A stretch of DNA of 64,000 bases from the human T2T-CHM13v2.0 reference genome, Homo sapiens: NCBI RefSeq assembly GCF_009914755.1, contig NC_060926.1; one strand, written 5' to 3'. How positions within the stretch are numbered: the first letter of the stretch is position 1; the number at the start of each line of letters is the position of its first letter. Made by a program: the position numbers and the translations under genes. Shown here in pieces: positions 43,831 through 57,345 of this stretch. The notes under the pieces were generated by a model. That model saw only the letters and a list, made by a program, of their open reading frames with translations, did not search any database and was not told the DNA's origin.

Positions 43831-46129
43831 ACTATAGCAGAAAAGGCTCTCAATATGTTGTTGTGAATGAATTTTAAAATGCTTAGTGTGTTCTTTCTTG
43901 AGATTTTAATATCTCACTCTTCTTTTTCTGACTTGTTCTTTTGTAAAAGAACTTGAAATCTAATTCAGAATAAACGTGAGGTAAATGAACAACTTGAATA
44001 AACTTTCGTCTATTAACATTTGTGGGAAATACAGTCAGATTACATGAAAGACAAATTAATTTGGGTTACTACTGATGGGAACCATCCTCAAACTAAGACG
44101 TGGCTAATAAAAATGAAATATCCAACAACATAAGGACATGGAGAACCAATCCTTTCTTGGGATAATCTTCACAGTAGTTAGGGGGTCCTAAAGCCTATAG
44201 GAAAAGTGAGGGCTCTAGAAAATATATTTCCCCAAATACTGTACATTCCTTGTGCCTTTTTATCCAACAGACTTCCTGGCTACGTGCAGACTGATAATGT
44301 TAGGGTGACAAACCTGCAGTGCATTATTAGCAAAAAGATAAGCATCACACCATTTCATGAGAGAAAAGATCTTACATCCTTAAGCATTTCAATGAAGAGT
44401 GTAGGATCAGTTCCTCCCATGTGAATCACTTTGACATTTAAAGGGTTCATGGAACCAAGAGAAAGGTAAGGCCCATTATTGTAAAAGGAAAATATCGTAA
44501 CCCTCATGGAATGTTCCTGGATTTCTGCCATGCAGAGGAAGGGACTTGTAGTGGAAGGCGATAGGAATAATAGTCACCCAGGAGATGAGTAGCCAATCAA
44601 GCCACTTAAGGTTTGTGATCATTGAGGCAATAAAGCGTCATTCTCCTTGCAGGTTGGGCTCCAGTGCTAGTACACTCGACTACATTCTATCATCATCTAC
44701 ACAATGTGTGATCCAAAAGGATTAAGAGAATCAAGCCCTTCCTCTACTCACTCCTCCAAAGAGTAAAACAGACGCTGGTAAATATTTGTTTAAGAAAGAT
44801 CTTTTCTGATAACCAAACTGGATGCCTTTTCAGAGCAACCACAGAGGTAGGATTAGAATTGTCTGTGTGGACTAGAAGGAGGTGGTTAGAGAAGGGAAGC
44901 TGGGTGTTACCATGGAAAGCTGGAATCCAGCTCTACTGGTACGTTAGCCTCTGCCACTCTGGAATCTTTTAATTGCCACAAAGCCCCATTTCTGGGTAAA
45001 CACAATGAAACTCATTTTGAAAGGAGGAGAGGGAAAGGGCAAAGAACAGAGGAAGCAGCTTCCTTATTCAGGGAAAAGGGTAGGTAACTAGCACCTCGTA
45101 GACTGAAAAAACAAAAAAGAAGGTTTTAAATTCCCCAGGATTTACAGGTTAGCAAGGCCCCTGTACAGAGTCATATGTTCTTTGAGAGAATGAAAATGTC
45201 ATATCTGAAACCTCAATAAGGCACATAAAAAGGCCCAATATATTCAGAATTACCAATTCTAAAGCTCAAGGAATCACATTAAGAGAAGGAGAGAGAAGAG
45301 AATGTCTCATGTTCCTTAGTTATGGCATTTCTGGCTTAAAAAAAAAAATCAACTTTTTAATTTTTTTTTTCTTTGCTATTTTACTGGAAACATCTCAGAG
45401 AGGAAAACTAACTGTCCATCCTTTGTTAAAGCACTCCTAACCCACAGGCCAGGCTAGACAGCTTGGGCTTAGTTGAGTGCCACTGGCTAAATTTAACAGT
45501 ATGGCTTTCTCGTTCTTGAGTGTGAAGGCGAGCAGCAATCAGAGGTGCTATGCTCTAGTTCTCTTTAATCCATTTTTAATTATACTATAAACACAACATG
45601 TACAGCAATGGGTGACTTCCATGGATTGTTCTGGCAGGTATCAGCTTGTTTCCAACTGAATGATTTGTTTTCTTTCTCCGCCCCCACCAGCCACCCAGAT
45701 CCTGGGCCCCAAGCCCTCTGATCCTCTTTTTCCTGAAAGAACGTCTTATTTGAAACGCCATTGTCCATCTTAAATTAAATGTCCATGTTAAATTAAATTG
45801 ATTAATTTTCCAAGGCATTAAAGATGTTTTAAGTTTAGAATAAACAAAGCAAAGAAAGGGCTCTTTTTGTAAAAATGATGCAAAGATGGGAAAATAAGTA
45901 GATATTTTTATAGTTTTTTGCAATAATTTATTTAAATAAGTTACATGTTATGTTTTCATAAGATTCTATGTCACAGTAAGGATGAGGGAAAATTAAATCT
46001 GTAGTATGAAACAAAATAAATAACATGGGTCAAATTTAAATGTTTCTAATTTCATTATATGTAGGGACTACCCCTATATTTCCATACTATTGTGAATATT
46101 TTATTTATATATAGTAATTTTTAATTTAT

Positions 46130-46320
46130 GAAATACTCATTCAATAACATCTTACTTTATTCTCACAAATCTATAAGGTGTCATTATTCCCACTAAAGGG
46201 ATGAGGGAATAGAGACTCAGAGATCAAGTGACTTGCCCAAGCTCATAGAGCTAAAAAATAGAAGAGTCTGAATTTGAAAGTAGATCTTTCAGCTCCTAAT
46301 TTTGTCATCTTTATGCTATA
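46130..46320 (-). mobile_element. MIR SINE
   Basis: ATTATTCCCAC...GATGAGGGAATAGAGACTCAGAGA..AAGTGACTTGCCCAAGCTCATAGAGCTA. Confidence 0.78.
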
Positions 46321-48015
46321 AACATGGTAGCATTTTCAGCATTCCTTATTTTCACATTTTCTTCATCTCATCCTCTTACATAGAAGTAAACAGATTAATC
46401 TTGAGTATTTCACTAGGGCCAAATGTATCCGTTATCTCCTTTGTGCATGCTTCTCATTAAGTATTTCTAAAGTATTTCAGGCAAAGTTTAACATATTTAG
46501 TTAAGATGTGGTTTCCCAGTCTGTCTATTCTATCAGGACTTTGATTTCTACATCTAAAAAATGGGAATAATAATCACAACTCTTAGAAATATTTAGATAT
46601 AATTGAAGCAAAATGTATCTTCATCATTATGCTTTATTTTTAATTAGAAAAGAACTGGAAGCATTTATTAATGTTTATTTTTTACAAAAAGAGATGACAA
46701 GATTTTGTTGCCAATGTCCTTAATAGTCCAGGCTTTTCCCCAACATAATTTGGAGGTAACTTTAGCAAGAGAAAGACACATAGGCAAAGATTTTTCAAAT
46801 GTAAAAAAGGAACAATAAATACTGTGAAGTTAAAGGAATTTATTATTTTTCTACCGTGTGATAATAAGCATGAGGGATTAGCAAACACTTAAATTTTTTT
46901 AGAATAATTACATTTTGGGATGTTGTGAAATTTCAAACTTAGCTTGACCTTTTGGTGTTTGAGTTTGTCTACTTTTGGCATAAGACAATTTCCTGACTTT
47001 AAAGACATCAGGCAGCTCTTACCAATGAATATTTTAATTATTCAAGTTGCATAAATGACTTGAAAACATATGGAATCAATTTCCCACACAATGTTCATTG
47101 GTTAAAAAATTGTGAGAAAAAATGGTTTTGCTATACACGGATTCAATTTTCTTGAACTTCACATTTCACAGGCTTGGAAATAACCGGATTTCTACTAGAC
47201 CCGAAGCAACTCAAAGTCGATCACAATCCCAGTACTAATCTGAACTGTTTCAAACATTCTTCACACACATGGCAATCAGTCTGTAACTATACAATATTTT
47301 TAATTTTATCGCTACCATTCCCCAACCCCTCAACACACACTCATATTAATACCTTTTAAAACTTATACCAAAACCCTACAAAATAAAACAAGTATGTTAT
47401 AATCCATAGAATGTCTAAGAGAGCCAAAATGTATAATTTGTGGCACTGTTCATTTTGTGTAGACTTTTGATGAAAAAACAAGTTGCTAATAATAAAACCA
47501 TACTGTGAAGACCACCATTTATCACTAATCAGTGATAGTGACTCCTCCATTATGTGATTTGTACTACTTGTTTTCTAGATATGAATTCCAAGGCATTGGG
47601 TGATATAACCCTGCTGTTCTGTCACCTATTTTTCTGTCACTTCACTTAATAGCACAGAGCATCATGTGGACTGCGTGGGATTATAGCACTTGGTATGAAA
47701 AAGGTAGTGGGAGGATATTACAGCAACAGTTATGTTGAAATGAAAGTCTGGCATACATGCAAAACCATCTTCCAATTCTTTCCCTTTTTCAATTTAGGCC
47801 CTACGATCACATGTTATCACTAACATTTATTTTATGTTGTTATCCCTCTGAGTGATTTAATTTTGAGACAAAATCATTTTTAAATTTATTATATTTGAAT
47901 TGGTTTATCCTTAGAACTTTAGTCAAAAATGCATCATCAGCTTTCAAATGTCATAGACTGAAGCAAGATTGATAATTATGGTAAGAACTGGTCAACAGAC
48001 TTCCTGGTGTAGTCC

Positions 48016-48756
48016 TCACCAGAGGAATGCAAATCAAAACCCACAATGAGATACCATCTCACGCCAGTTAGAATGGCTTTTCTTAAAAGTCAAAAAATAA
48101 CAGACATTGGCAGGGCTGTGGAGAGAGGCGAATGCTTATACACTGCTGGTGGGGATGAAATTTGTTCAACCACTGTAGATAGCAGTTCAGAGATTTCTCA
48201 AAGGACTAAGAGTTGAACTACCATTCAACCCAGCAATCCCACTACTGGGTATATGCCCAAAGAAAAATAAATCATTCTGCCACAAAGACACATGCACCCA
48301 TATGTTCATCGCACACTATTCACAAAAGCAAAGACGTGGAATCAACCCAGGTGCTTATCAGTGGTGGAATGGATAAAGAAAATGTGGCACATATACACCA
48401 TGGAATACTATGCAGCCATAAAAAAGAACAAAATCATGTTCTTTGCAGCAATGTAGATGCAGCTGGAGGCCATTATCCTAAGTGAACTAATGCAGAAACA
48501 GAAAACCAAATATCACGTGTTCCCGCTTATAAGTGGGAGCTAAACATTGTGTACACAAGGACAGAAAGACGGGAACAATAGAAACTGGGGACACAAGAGC
48601 GGAAAGGGAGGGTTGAAAAACTACCTACTGGGTGCTATGCTCACTTCCTGGGTGACGGGTTCAATTACACTCCAAACCTCACATTACACAATAAAGGTTT
48701 GTAACAAACCTGCACATGCCTTCCCAGAATCTAAAATAAAAGTTGAAAAAAAAAAG
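48016..48756 (+). mobile_element. 5'-truncated older L1PA (about L1PA13-16) 3' end
   Basis: ORF2 C-terminal region (ATGCAAATCAAAAC..CAATGAGATACCATCTCAC) and a 3'UTR ending TCTAAAATAAAAGTTG plus poly-A. Confidence 0.92.
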
Positions 48757-48840
48757 ATTAAGTCCACTAATTTGTCAATGTGGATATGAAAGTAAGTAGC
48801 CACATGATTAAAACTCATTTCAACTTGTTTATTGCATTTA

Positions 48841-49446
48841 TAATTGATTCTCATTATTTGCAGGTTCTGTGTTTGTGAATTCACCTACTCACAAAAATCT
48901 ATTTGTAACCCCAGAATCAATACTAGCAGTGTTTTGTGTTCTTTCACGAACATGCATAGAGCAGGGACAAATTTAATCACGTCCCAGCTGAGGTAGAACA
49001 AAACCATGCTCTGCCTTCCTGGTTCAGCTCTCATATTGTAAACAAGTGGCCTTTTTTCAGTCTATTTATTGTCACCTGTTTCTGCATTTTTGTGCTTTTT
49101 GTTGTGTTTCACAGTTTAAAATGAACCCCAAGCACGGTGCTGAAGTGCTGTCTAGAGTTCCTAAGGCTGTGATGTGCCTTAGGGAGAAAATATATGTATT
49201 AGATAAGCTTCAATCACCCATAAATTACAGTGCTGTCAGCTCTAAGTTCAATGTTAATGAATCAACAATAATACTAAATGTGTCTTTAAATGGAAACACA
49301 CATAAAAGAAGGTTATGTATTCATCAGTTAATGAAATTGTGACAAGGCACAGAAGAACCTGACCCTGTATTTCCCTTAGGGGGAATGGTTTAGTATTTGC
49401 AGCAATTTTATAGGATGTAACAATTGCAAATTATGAGAATTGATTG
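48841..49446 (+). mobile_element. MER82-like non-autonomous Tigger DNA transposon
   Basis: TIRs TAATTGATTCTCATTATTTGCA ... TGCAAATTATGAGAATTGATTG with flanking TA; internal GAATTCACCTACTC...ATTTGTAACCCC. Confidence 0.82.
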
Positions 49447-52400
49447 TATATTTCATATTTGATATTTTCATCATCTTCAGAAAGGATCAGATGGAAAGTT
49501 TAGAAGACATTAATATGTAGGGTTTCTTTAAAAATGAAATACTATATTATTACCATATATATTATGCTCACCATATCCTTTTCTTATGATGATTTTTAAT
49601 TCCTTTTTTAAAAAATCTTTCTCCTAGTTAGAGAGACTTTTTAGTTAGTATTAATAATTATTTCTTACTATTGATAGGGTGCCACTAACAATATTTCTTA
49701 ACATAAATCTCAAAGGAAAGGGGCTTTCTCAGAAGTCCTGGGAAGTTAGTTGGTGGCTGCGCCCACCTGCCCACATATGACTACTCTGCAGTGCTCCAAG
49801 AGGGGCTCATGACTTATCGGATGACAGCACAACTTCATGCCACAGAAAGAAGAGGATGCCCTTTAAAGGTAAATGCATCCAAATTCCAGCTTTACCAATT
49901 CAGGCTCATATAACCGAGAATGAGTTGTTTACCTTTCTGAGCTTTTCTGTCTCTCTTAATCTGTAAAATGAAGATACTGAAACCAACTTACCAAGGCAAC
50001 CTTTTTCTTTACTAAAACCAAATCTAGAAACTCAAAATGTAGTCATGAAAGAAAAAGCTTTGTGGTAAGATAGGTGCGAAATCCAGCTGCTTTGGCATTT
50101 CCCCCAATTTTATCTTTCTGTGGGGCTGTCACACTTTTACTACCAGTGCTAGCATTGTGAGGGGTCCTCCAGTCTGGCTGTTCTCCTTAACTGATTTAAA
50201 GACCGTTACTCCCCCTTGTTTCTCTTTAGCACAACCAAGGCAGGCAGAAATCTCCCAGAGGCCTTCACTAACTATTAAGGGAGACAAAGTGTCAGGACAT
50301 TGTGGAGGAAGCCCCTCTGGGGTGGTTCATTTGATGGCATCTCCCATGTGGAACAAGGCTAGAAACTAGAATGTAAAAAGTCCAGGGAAATAGAATAGGC
50401 ATGCAAGGCCTGCACTATACTCTTCAAAACGGCATTTGGAGTAAGAAAGGCAGATTTTATCAGGGCAGAGTTCTACTCAGGAGTAGTTGAATCAGAAATC
50501 TGCAGTGTGTAAACCAGACTTCTGTTATTCTTTCTGTCTTTCCTATATTTGCATCCTTGCTGTTTTTATCATTTAATAAAGTCGTTTTAAAAGCAGCAAC
50601 CTATAAAAAGCACAGTTCAGTTGTACTAAGGAACTCAATTTGGGATTTCTGACTACGTTTTAGCCCTAGTTTTAAAAGGTGTATAGCTAGAGATGGGATG
50701 TAAATATAGTATCAAGGGTAGAAAAACTAATGAGCAACACCCAGGATATTTGGAGAAATAGAGTTTGGTTATTTGGTCAGGCTTAATCCCCCATAGGAAG
50801 AATACCAAAGTGGTTGGCACAAGGGCTGACTATGACAATATATTAACTATGTCGTAACAAAATACCTCCAGAAGGGGCTGTTTTATATTTTGACAACTAC
50901 AAACACACATGCTAAAATTAGATAATATTTTTTAAACTTTTTTATAAGAAACTTACCAAAGTTTTACTAGTAAAGGAAGAGTGATGTGCTCATTTTTAAA
51001 AATTGTATTCAGTAATTCCACTTATTCAACCCAAAGCATATCATGTAATATAATCACATAATTTTCTTATGAAATCTATAGTAGGAATAATTGCCCCTGT
51101 TTTACTGAAGGCAAAGAGATGTCATGTGTATATTTTTAAATCATGGGTAGATTTAAAACTAAGACTGGAAAGTTTTGGCTCCTATACACACTCAGTGCTA
51201 ATAAAACTGGTTGGACGAATTAATGTTATTGACTGAATTTTACTGCTCCCTAAAACATGTCACATTTCATGATTTTTAGGTCTTAGAAAATCTTCTCAGA
51301 GCTCACTGCAAGACAATAAAGAAAAACACTTCTGTAAATAGTGTTAAATGACACGTGGGGCCAGCAAAATCAGGGAAAAGGGAATCATGGCCTCCAGTTT
51401 ATTTCCTGATTCAAGAAATGACTCACTGTGTAACTTTGTAAATGTTGCTTAACCTTTTAGCATTCCAGTTTCTGCAGCTGAAAAACAGGGATAATATTTG
51501 TCTACCATACAATGGTAAATGCTCTGGAAATAAAAAAAAATTAATCTTGTATCAAGGGACAGTAAAGCTGGTTTTTCATGTACTTGAGATATCACTGACA
51601 CATTCACAAAGCAGTTTCTGCCAAAGTTGTATGGTTAATGCTTCCAGATCACCTCCCTAAACACCACATTGTGCACTGAACTCTTTTTATCCCGCCTTGA
51701 ATCAGAATTGTGATCGCCGTGGGGTGTGTTCTACATGACTGATAGGCTGCATTATGCAGGATGTATCACCCGCCCGTGCCAGAGTGCTTTCTGCCTGGTT
51801 GTCAGGGAAGACAAGAGTCAACAGAAGGAAAAAGATCCATACAGTGGGAATACACTTTCTCCCTGAATTTTGATCCTGGAATATATGACTAAAAAGACGA
51901 AAGAGCTCCTTTCATTTGCGGTCTTCCTGCCACAAGATACAACTGTTCTGTTTCCCTCATATTCTGGATACCATAATTAAGGGAAAACATCTCCGTTTCC
52001 TTTCTTATGCTTTGCTTATTATCTTCTTCCCATCCTTATACATTTTTTTTAAGGATAGTTATGTAAGATGATTGACTCAGGCTCTTTCAATATCTGTTGC
52101 TTGACATATGAATATCTTTCCCCATTATTCTCATCAGTGGCAATAATTACAGCTATTAAACTAAAGTCTCTGTGTCACTTCAAATGGCTTTCTTCTAATG
52201 TCATCTATTGCTGATATGGAGCTGTGCTTTCATGTGACAAATTCCAATATACCTTAACCAGGTAGGAACAGAATGTTATTACAGCAAAGATTTAACAAGC
52301 AGGCAGTATCAAACTACATGACTCTGTTTTTGCTAAAGTTCTCCTTCTACCAGAATCGTTATAAGATCCACACCCAAAAAAAGGGCAATGGAGCTGACAC

Positions 52401-54268
52401 GCAGGACTGGAGAAAAACAGGACTCCAAATTGAGAAGGGGTGAGGAGGAACAGGGCTAGTTGGAAAACAACTGAGATTTTGCATTGAGAAAACAAAGCAT
52501 GTTTTTCTAAATGTAAACACTTTGAGAGGAAAAAATAATGTGACTTTTCTCAAACACCATGTGTCCATTTAAACACAAAAGGACACTTTCTAACTTTGTA
52601 TGGAGCTGCGATTTATTGCCACTGCTTTCAGCGCTCAGTGACTGCCCTCCTCTGTTAAGTGATAGTTGGATCTTTTTCTTTGGTTTTACTGCCCATCACT
52701 GCACATCAGAAGAGACATTAACGTTCACATTCGAGTGTCAAGTCTGGATGTCTCAGCATAAACCGTAAATCAGTATACAACTAGAAGTAAATAAAATGGG
52801 AAGGCTAGTGTGGATCGGGTATGATATCAAAATGTTTATTTACTGATACATTGTATAATCTACTCAGAACACTTAGACAAAGCTTCAAGTACAATTTTGT
52901 TCCATGTCAGCATTTTCTAGCCTGCTTTCCTTAAAACATGAGATATTATTTGCCATTGCCAAAATAGTTTCACGTTTGAGAGTTGCTGCTTACTATATAC
53001 ATCTCTCTCTCAGAAACTCATAATATACATTTGCCAAATTTTGCAGAAAGCAGTAATTTCTTTACTCAGTCTTCCCCAGAATTACTTAACCAAAGAAACA
53101 CTCTTTATAGATTTATTTTTTGGGAGAATATCTAACAGAAGTTCTCAGACCCTAAGACACAGTTTGGAAAATACTATACTGTACTTGTATTTTCCAGCCC
53201 CTTTAATGGGGACTTGAAGTTCTGACTCTACTCTTTTATCAATGATTCCTTCGACATATTCTAAAATGTATATTTATATTTTAAACACAACTAACTTCCC
53301 TATTAGCAGAGACCTATTTTAGGTGTGACCTGGGAAAGGATTAACTGCAATTCCTTTTTCTTCTGAATCTTCCTTTAGAGAATTTGTGGGCAAGCAGCTT
53401 CCTCATTTTGGTGGTGAGCAAGCATAAGGTATTTGTTTAATTGAATCAGAGTAGACTAATGTCAGAAACTTCTGTTTCCTACAATATATTCAAAAGGGCA
53501 AAAATAAAGAGTTGGTTTGATTATTTTTTCTTTTCTTTTATGTATTCTGTTTCAAGAGCACCTGCCAACGATAAAAAGATGGACGGACAGTGAGGTGTTT
53601 TATCTGTTTATCACATGTTTATCTGCCAGTCCAAGTCCTTTGAATGCTGAACTGTTCCAACTGCACAGGTGTCTAAAGATGTGAATTAGAAATGAGTTTA
53701 GGCAGCAGATGCTGGAATGTCGTTGAACAGTTCGCTTGAAGAAAACAAAAATAAAAGTATACAAAGTTCATAATACTTTCCTTGGTGAATATTAGGATTT
53801 TTGTTTTCATTTTCTCTATGCCTTCCCCCCAATTCCACTCTCTCCCTGTTTCCATGTAATCTGAGTTTCTCTTTTTAGCTTTTCTGGTAAGTATGATTTT
53901 GCCTCCACTTTCTCAGATATCATCATAGTATCATAAAGTCTTGAAAGGCTTACTTTCATAGACATTTTTCTCCCCACAACTCAAATCTTTCCTTCCAAGG
54001 ATGCATACACTTGAGTACCTGAGTGAGTCTCATGTACCTTGGAGATACTCTGTTTGAGTGCTCACATTCTCAAGTGTCGCAGTCCCCATTTTAAAGGTAG
54101 AGGATAGAAAATGGAGACTAGATGACTTATGTATTCTCACACGGTGAGTCACTAACCTTCCTGGAAGAGGGACCCATTCTCCCTAACCATTCATGCAAAC
54201 CTTTTTTTCTTTCTGCTTTTGCTTGAACTTTGTATCCCCATCAAATACATTTAGGTGATAGAGAGAAA

Positions 54269-54306
54269 CACACACACACACGCACACACACACTCACACA
54301 TATACA
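54269..54306. repeat. Interrupted (CA)n microsatellite
   Basis: Directly visible. Confidence 0.9.
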
Positions 54307-55729
54307 CCCCTACCTTGGCATCATTGAAGCATTATCCCTGAACTTTTTAAACATTAAGTTAGCATTTGTACCGGGTCAATACTAGTTTCCCTGTTATGCA
54401 AACCCACACCCATGCTAAGTGTCTCTAGGGCTCTAGGGTTAGGAACACAGTGATAATATGACTATTTGGTTTCAGTGTTTGTGCACAAGGAGCCTGAGGT
54501 CATTTCAAAAAAAAAAAAATGAAAGATTCTGAGGAAAGCCTTAGCAATGAAAGTGACAGCTCTCTTTTTATCAGTGACAAAGAAAAAGAAGTAACTATGA
54601 TAAGGAGTCAAGAGAATATAGAATATGAAAAACAGACAAGGAATCCATTTCCCATTCAGTCAAGAAAGTTGTAAAGCTGAATTTCGAGGTCACTAAATAA
54701 GTGGCTCCATGACAAATCTGGGTTCTTAGGGAGAGGGAGTGTACTCAGCCTAGGAGACATTTCATCTCTATGATGGCTAGGGCCACCCTGCTCCTTGAAT
54801 GTAGGTGATGCTTGTGCAAAATGCCCTAATTCCAAGACTTGGGTACATTCAGAGCTGTTTCTGTGATTTCTGCAAATTTCCACTGGGCAAAAGCTCCCAG
54901 GAGCTCCCTCTGTTTCTGGGTTCCTGCTTCCCTGCTGCTGAACACAATGGTGATACCAACCCTTCCCAGATTTCCACTACCACCTCCTTCCATCATAACA
55001 GATGTATGGATGGGTCGTAGTGTAGGAGTGGGGTTGGGGGAGTGGCTTAATAGGGTTTACCTTGAAGCAATGCCAACACCTTCAAATCAAACCTAAGAAG
55101 CCCCATTCTTAAATATTGAAAATATCCTATATTGTATGTAGATAACCTCCTCTCCCTTGCCCCACTGCGTCCCTGAAATCATGGTGGCATTTTCACCGCC
55201 CTTTTGGCCATGTAGTTCCCAGACTGTTAGTTACTATGTTACTGTTTCTAGTTGTTGGTTTTGTTTTTACACTAGCCTCATCCTATTCTCGCCCCTTCTC
55301 ATAAGTAATAACAACTACTTTTGACTTTCTTAAGCAGAACCATAAAGCCCCCTCTGGCTCTCACTTTTGTTCCCAAGCAATTGCTAAATGTAATGGGTTT
55401 TCCCTAAACAGCAGGATTCTAGGGCCACTTCTTTACAGACAGAATTTCATCCATGTGACAATTTTGCCCAAGGCCACTCAGGGCTGCTTCTCTCTCAGAG
55501 GCAATGTCACTTAGAGACCAGCTTTGTGAAAACTTATTCAGCAAATTCAGGTGCATGATTAGGAGGAGTTTTTCTATTGTAAAATTTGGGGACTTTGTTG
55601 AATTTGATGAGAAAATCAGAATAAGAAAGTTTGCCCCAGGGGTGAATCTATTACCCACGTGGAGACCACTCACTGCCTTGGAGCAGTGTAGGAAGGAGGG
55701 TTGACAGACTGGAAGCTCTGCAGCTGGAT

Positions 55730-55915
55730 GGCCTATGTCTGAATCCCGATTCTGTGCTTGCATTTGTACAACTCTGGGCAATTGCCTTCATCTCTGGGTG
55801 CCTCAGTTTTCTCACTTGAAAATAGTAGAACACACTTTAAAAAGTTTTTGGATGGATTACATGACTGAATACGTATGGAACCTTTTGAAAAGTGTTTGGC
55901 ACCTATGTGTGTTAT
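55730..55915 (+). mobile_element. MIR SINE
   Basis: TCTGAATCCCGATTCTG...CTGGGCAATTGCCTTCATCTCTGGGTGCCTCAGTTTTCTCAC. Confidence 0.75.
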
Positions 55916-56175
55916 CTAGCTTTGTTTTAACTTGGCCAAGTAACAAAAGACTAGGGCAAGGGCTGTGTAGAGCACAGACAGGCAGCAAACAGGAATGCTT
56001 TTGGCAGAAGTTTTCCCCATGGGAGGCAGAAGAGATGGTTGATGTTACAATTCCAAGAGTTCGGAAAACTCCACTCAGGAATGGGTCCTTTTGGTAGATC
56101 TTTTGTCTCTAAACTTTTGCAGGTTGAAATTGTGAAGAAAATCAAGGGGTCTCTTCGCCTCAGTATTTCACATCA

Positions 56176-56209
56176 GGGCTTTCCCCCTGCCCCGCGCCCC
56201 CCCGCCCCG
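56176..56209 (-). promoter_or_regulatory. G-quadruplex-forming / Sp-KLF GC-box cluster with an overlapping kB-like site
   Basis: Minus strand reads GGGG-C-GGGGGGG-CGC-GGGG-CA-GGGGG; GGGCTTTCCC at 56176-56185. Confidence 0.5.
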
Positions 56210-57129
56210 AATAAACAAGTCTTTGATATATGAGAGAATTTGGGTGTTTTCACCGAAGTGGGCCCCAGTTTCAACTGAAGTGGATTTCTATTCCTCTAAT
56301 GGAATATTCTTTCATTTTCTGAGCAAAGAGGTACTTAAAAATCTCTTGGAAGGAAAAATTTAAAAGTATGAATGCTTATTTAGACTTAGCATAATTCAGT
56401 TTCTCTCTGAAGAATGCCTCTCTTGTAATTTCATATCTATATATTTCTTTGCATACAGTACATACTCAATAATTGTGGGTAGGTTTGGTTTTCCATCCTT
56501 TAAAAATAACACCGAGAAGCTTGTTTTAAAAGATTGGCAACTACTATCCAGGTTTAGCAGCAGCAGCAATAACGGCAACTTAAAGAAGTTTTCCATAGAA
56601 TTCTGGAGGGACTTAACCACTTGGGTTCGTATGTTAATTTGCTGCACATCTCACCACACAGGAGTCTTAGATCTGGGAGTAAACCGCCAGAGAAGAACAT
56701 ACTTGTTCTTATTTTCAAATATCCTAGGATAAATTGTACTCTAGTCACTGGTGACAGAAGAAATCAATACAGAGCATAACTGTAAAAATATTCATTATTT
56801 ATGGAGGAGAAAGAAGCAAAAAAAAAAAAAAAACCAAAAACCCTCTCCCCAAAAATCCCAAAACAACAACAACAACATAAAACAAAATGCTAGGGAACCA
56901 AAAAGGGCAAGTACAAGCACACCAGGATCACCAAGCTGCAGAACTCCGGGTGCACCATTTGCACAAAACAAGTGATGCATCCCCTGGAGTTCTTTAAAAT
57001 GTAGCTGTGAAGAATACCTTTGATGTGTAAAATTTTAAGTGATTTTCTTTATGGTCAGAAATAGTTCATTCATTCTTCTGCTCCTCAGTGTTCATCTGGG
57101 GCTGATCATGTTTAAAATGATTAGAGCCA

Positions 57130-57345
57130 ACATTTTTTGAGTACTTGCTATGTGCCCAGCATTGCTCTCAGTACTTTCTATATATTAATTCATTTGATTT
57201 TATAAACCCCTATGAGATAAGTACCCTAATGCTTATCACATAGATGAGGAAACTGAAGCCAGAAAAGTAACTCACCAAAGGTTATACAGGTAGTAAGTAG
57301 TGGAGCTAGAGTTCAAATGCATGTGGTTTTCTCAGGTTCTGCAAT
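57130..57345 (-). mobile_element. MIR SINE
   Basis: TTGAGTACTTGCTATGTGCCCAGCA...ATAGATGAGGAAACTGAAGC...CCAAAGGTTATACAGGTAGTAAGT. Confidence 0.85.

Noticed and set aside
45500-45525. miR-135-like start TATGGCTTT
   Set aside because: Only the seed region matches, and I saw no complementary hairpin arm.
47174-47550. ORFs 47174-47359 and 47356-47550 as coding exons
   Set aside because: Short, with no recognisable domain or consistent splice signals; compatible with chance.
55419-56097. Overlapping 120-aa ORFs
   Set aside because: They overlap a MIR, lie on opposite strands and show no recognisable protein features.
56694-56709. Perfect AGAACA/TGTTCT palindrome as a glucocorticoid/androgen response element
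   Set aside because: The spacer is 4 nt rather than the required 3.
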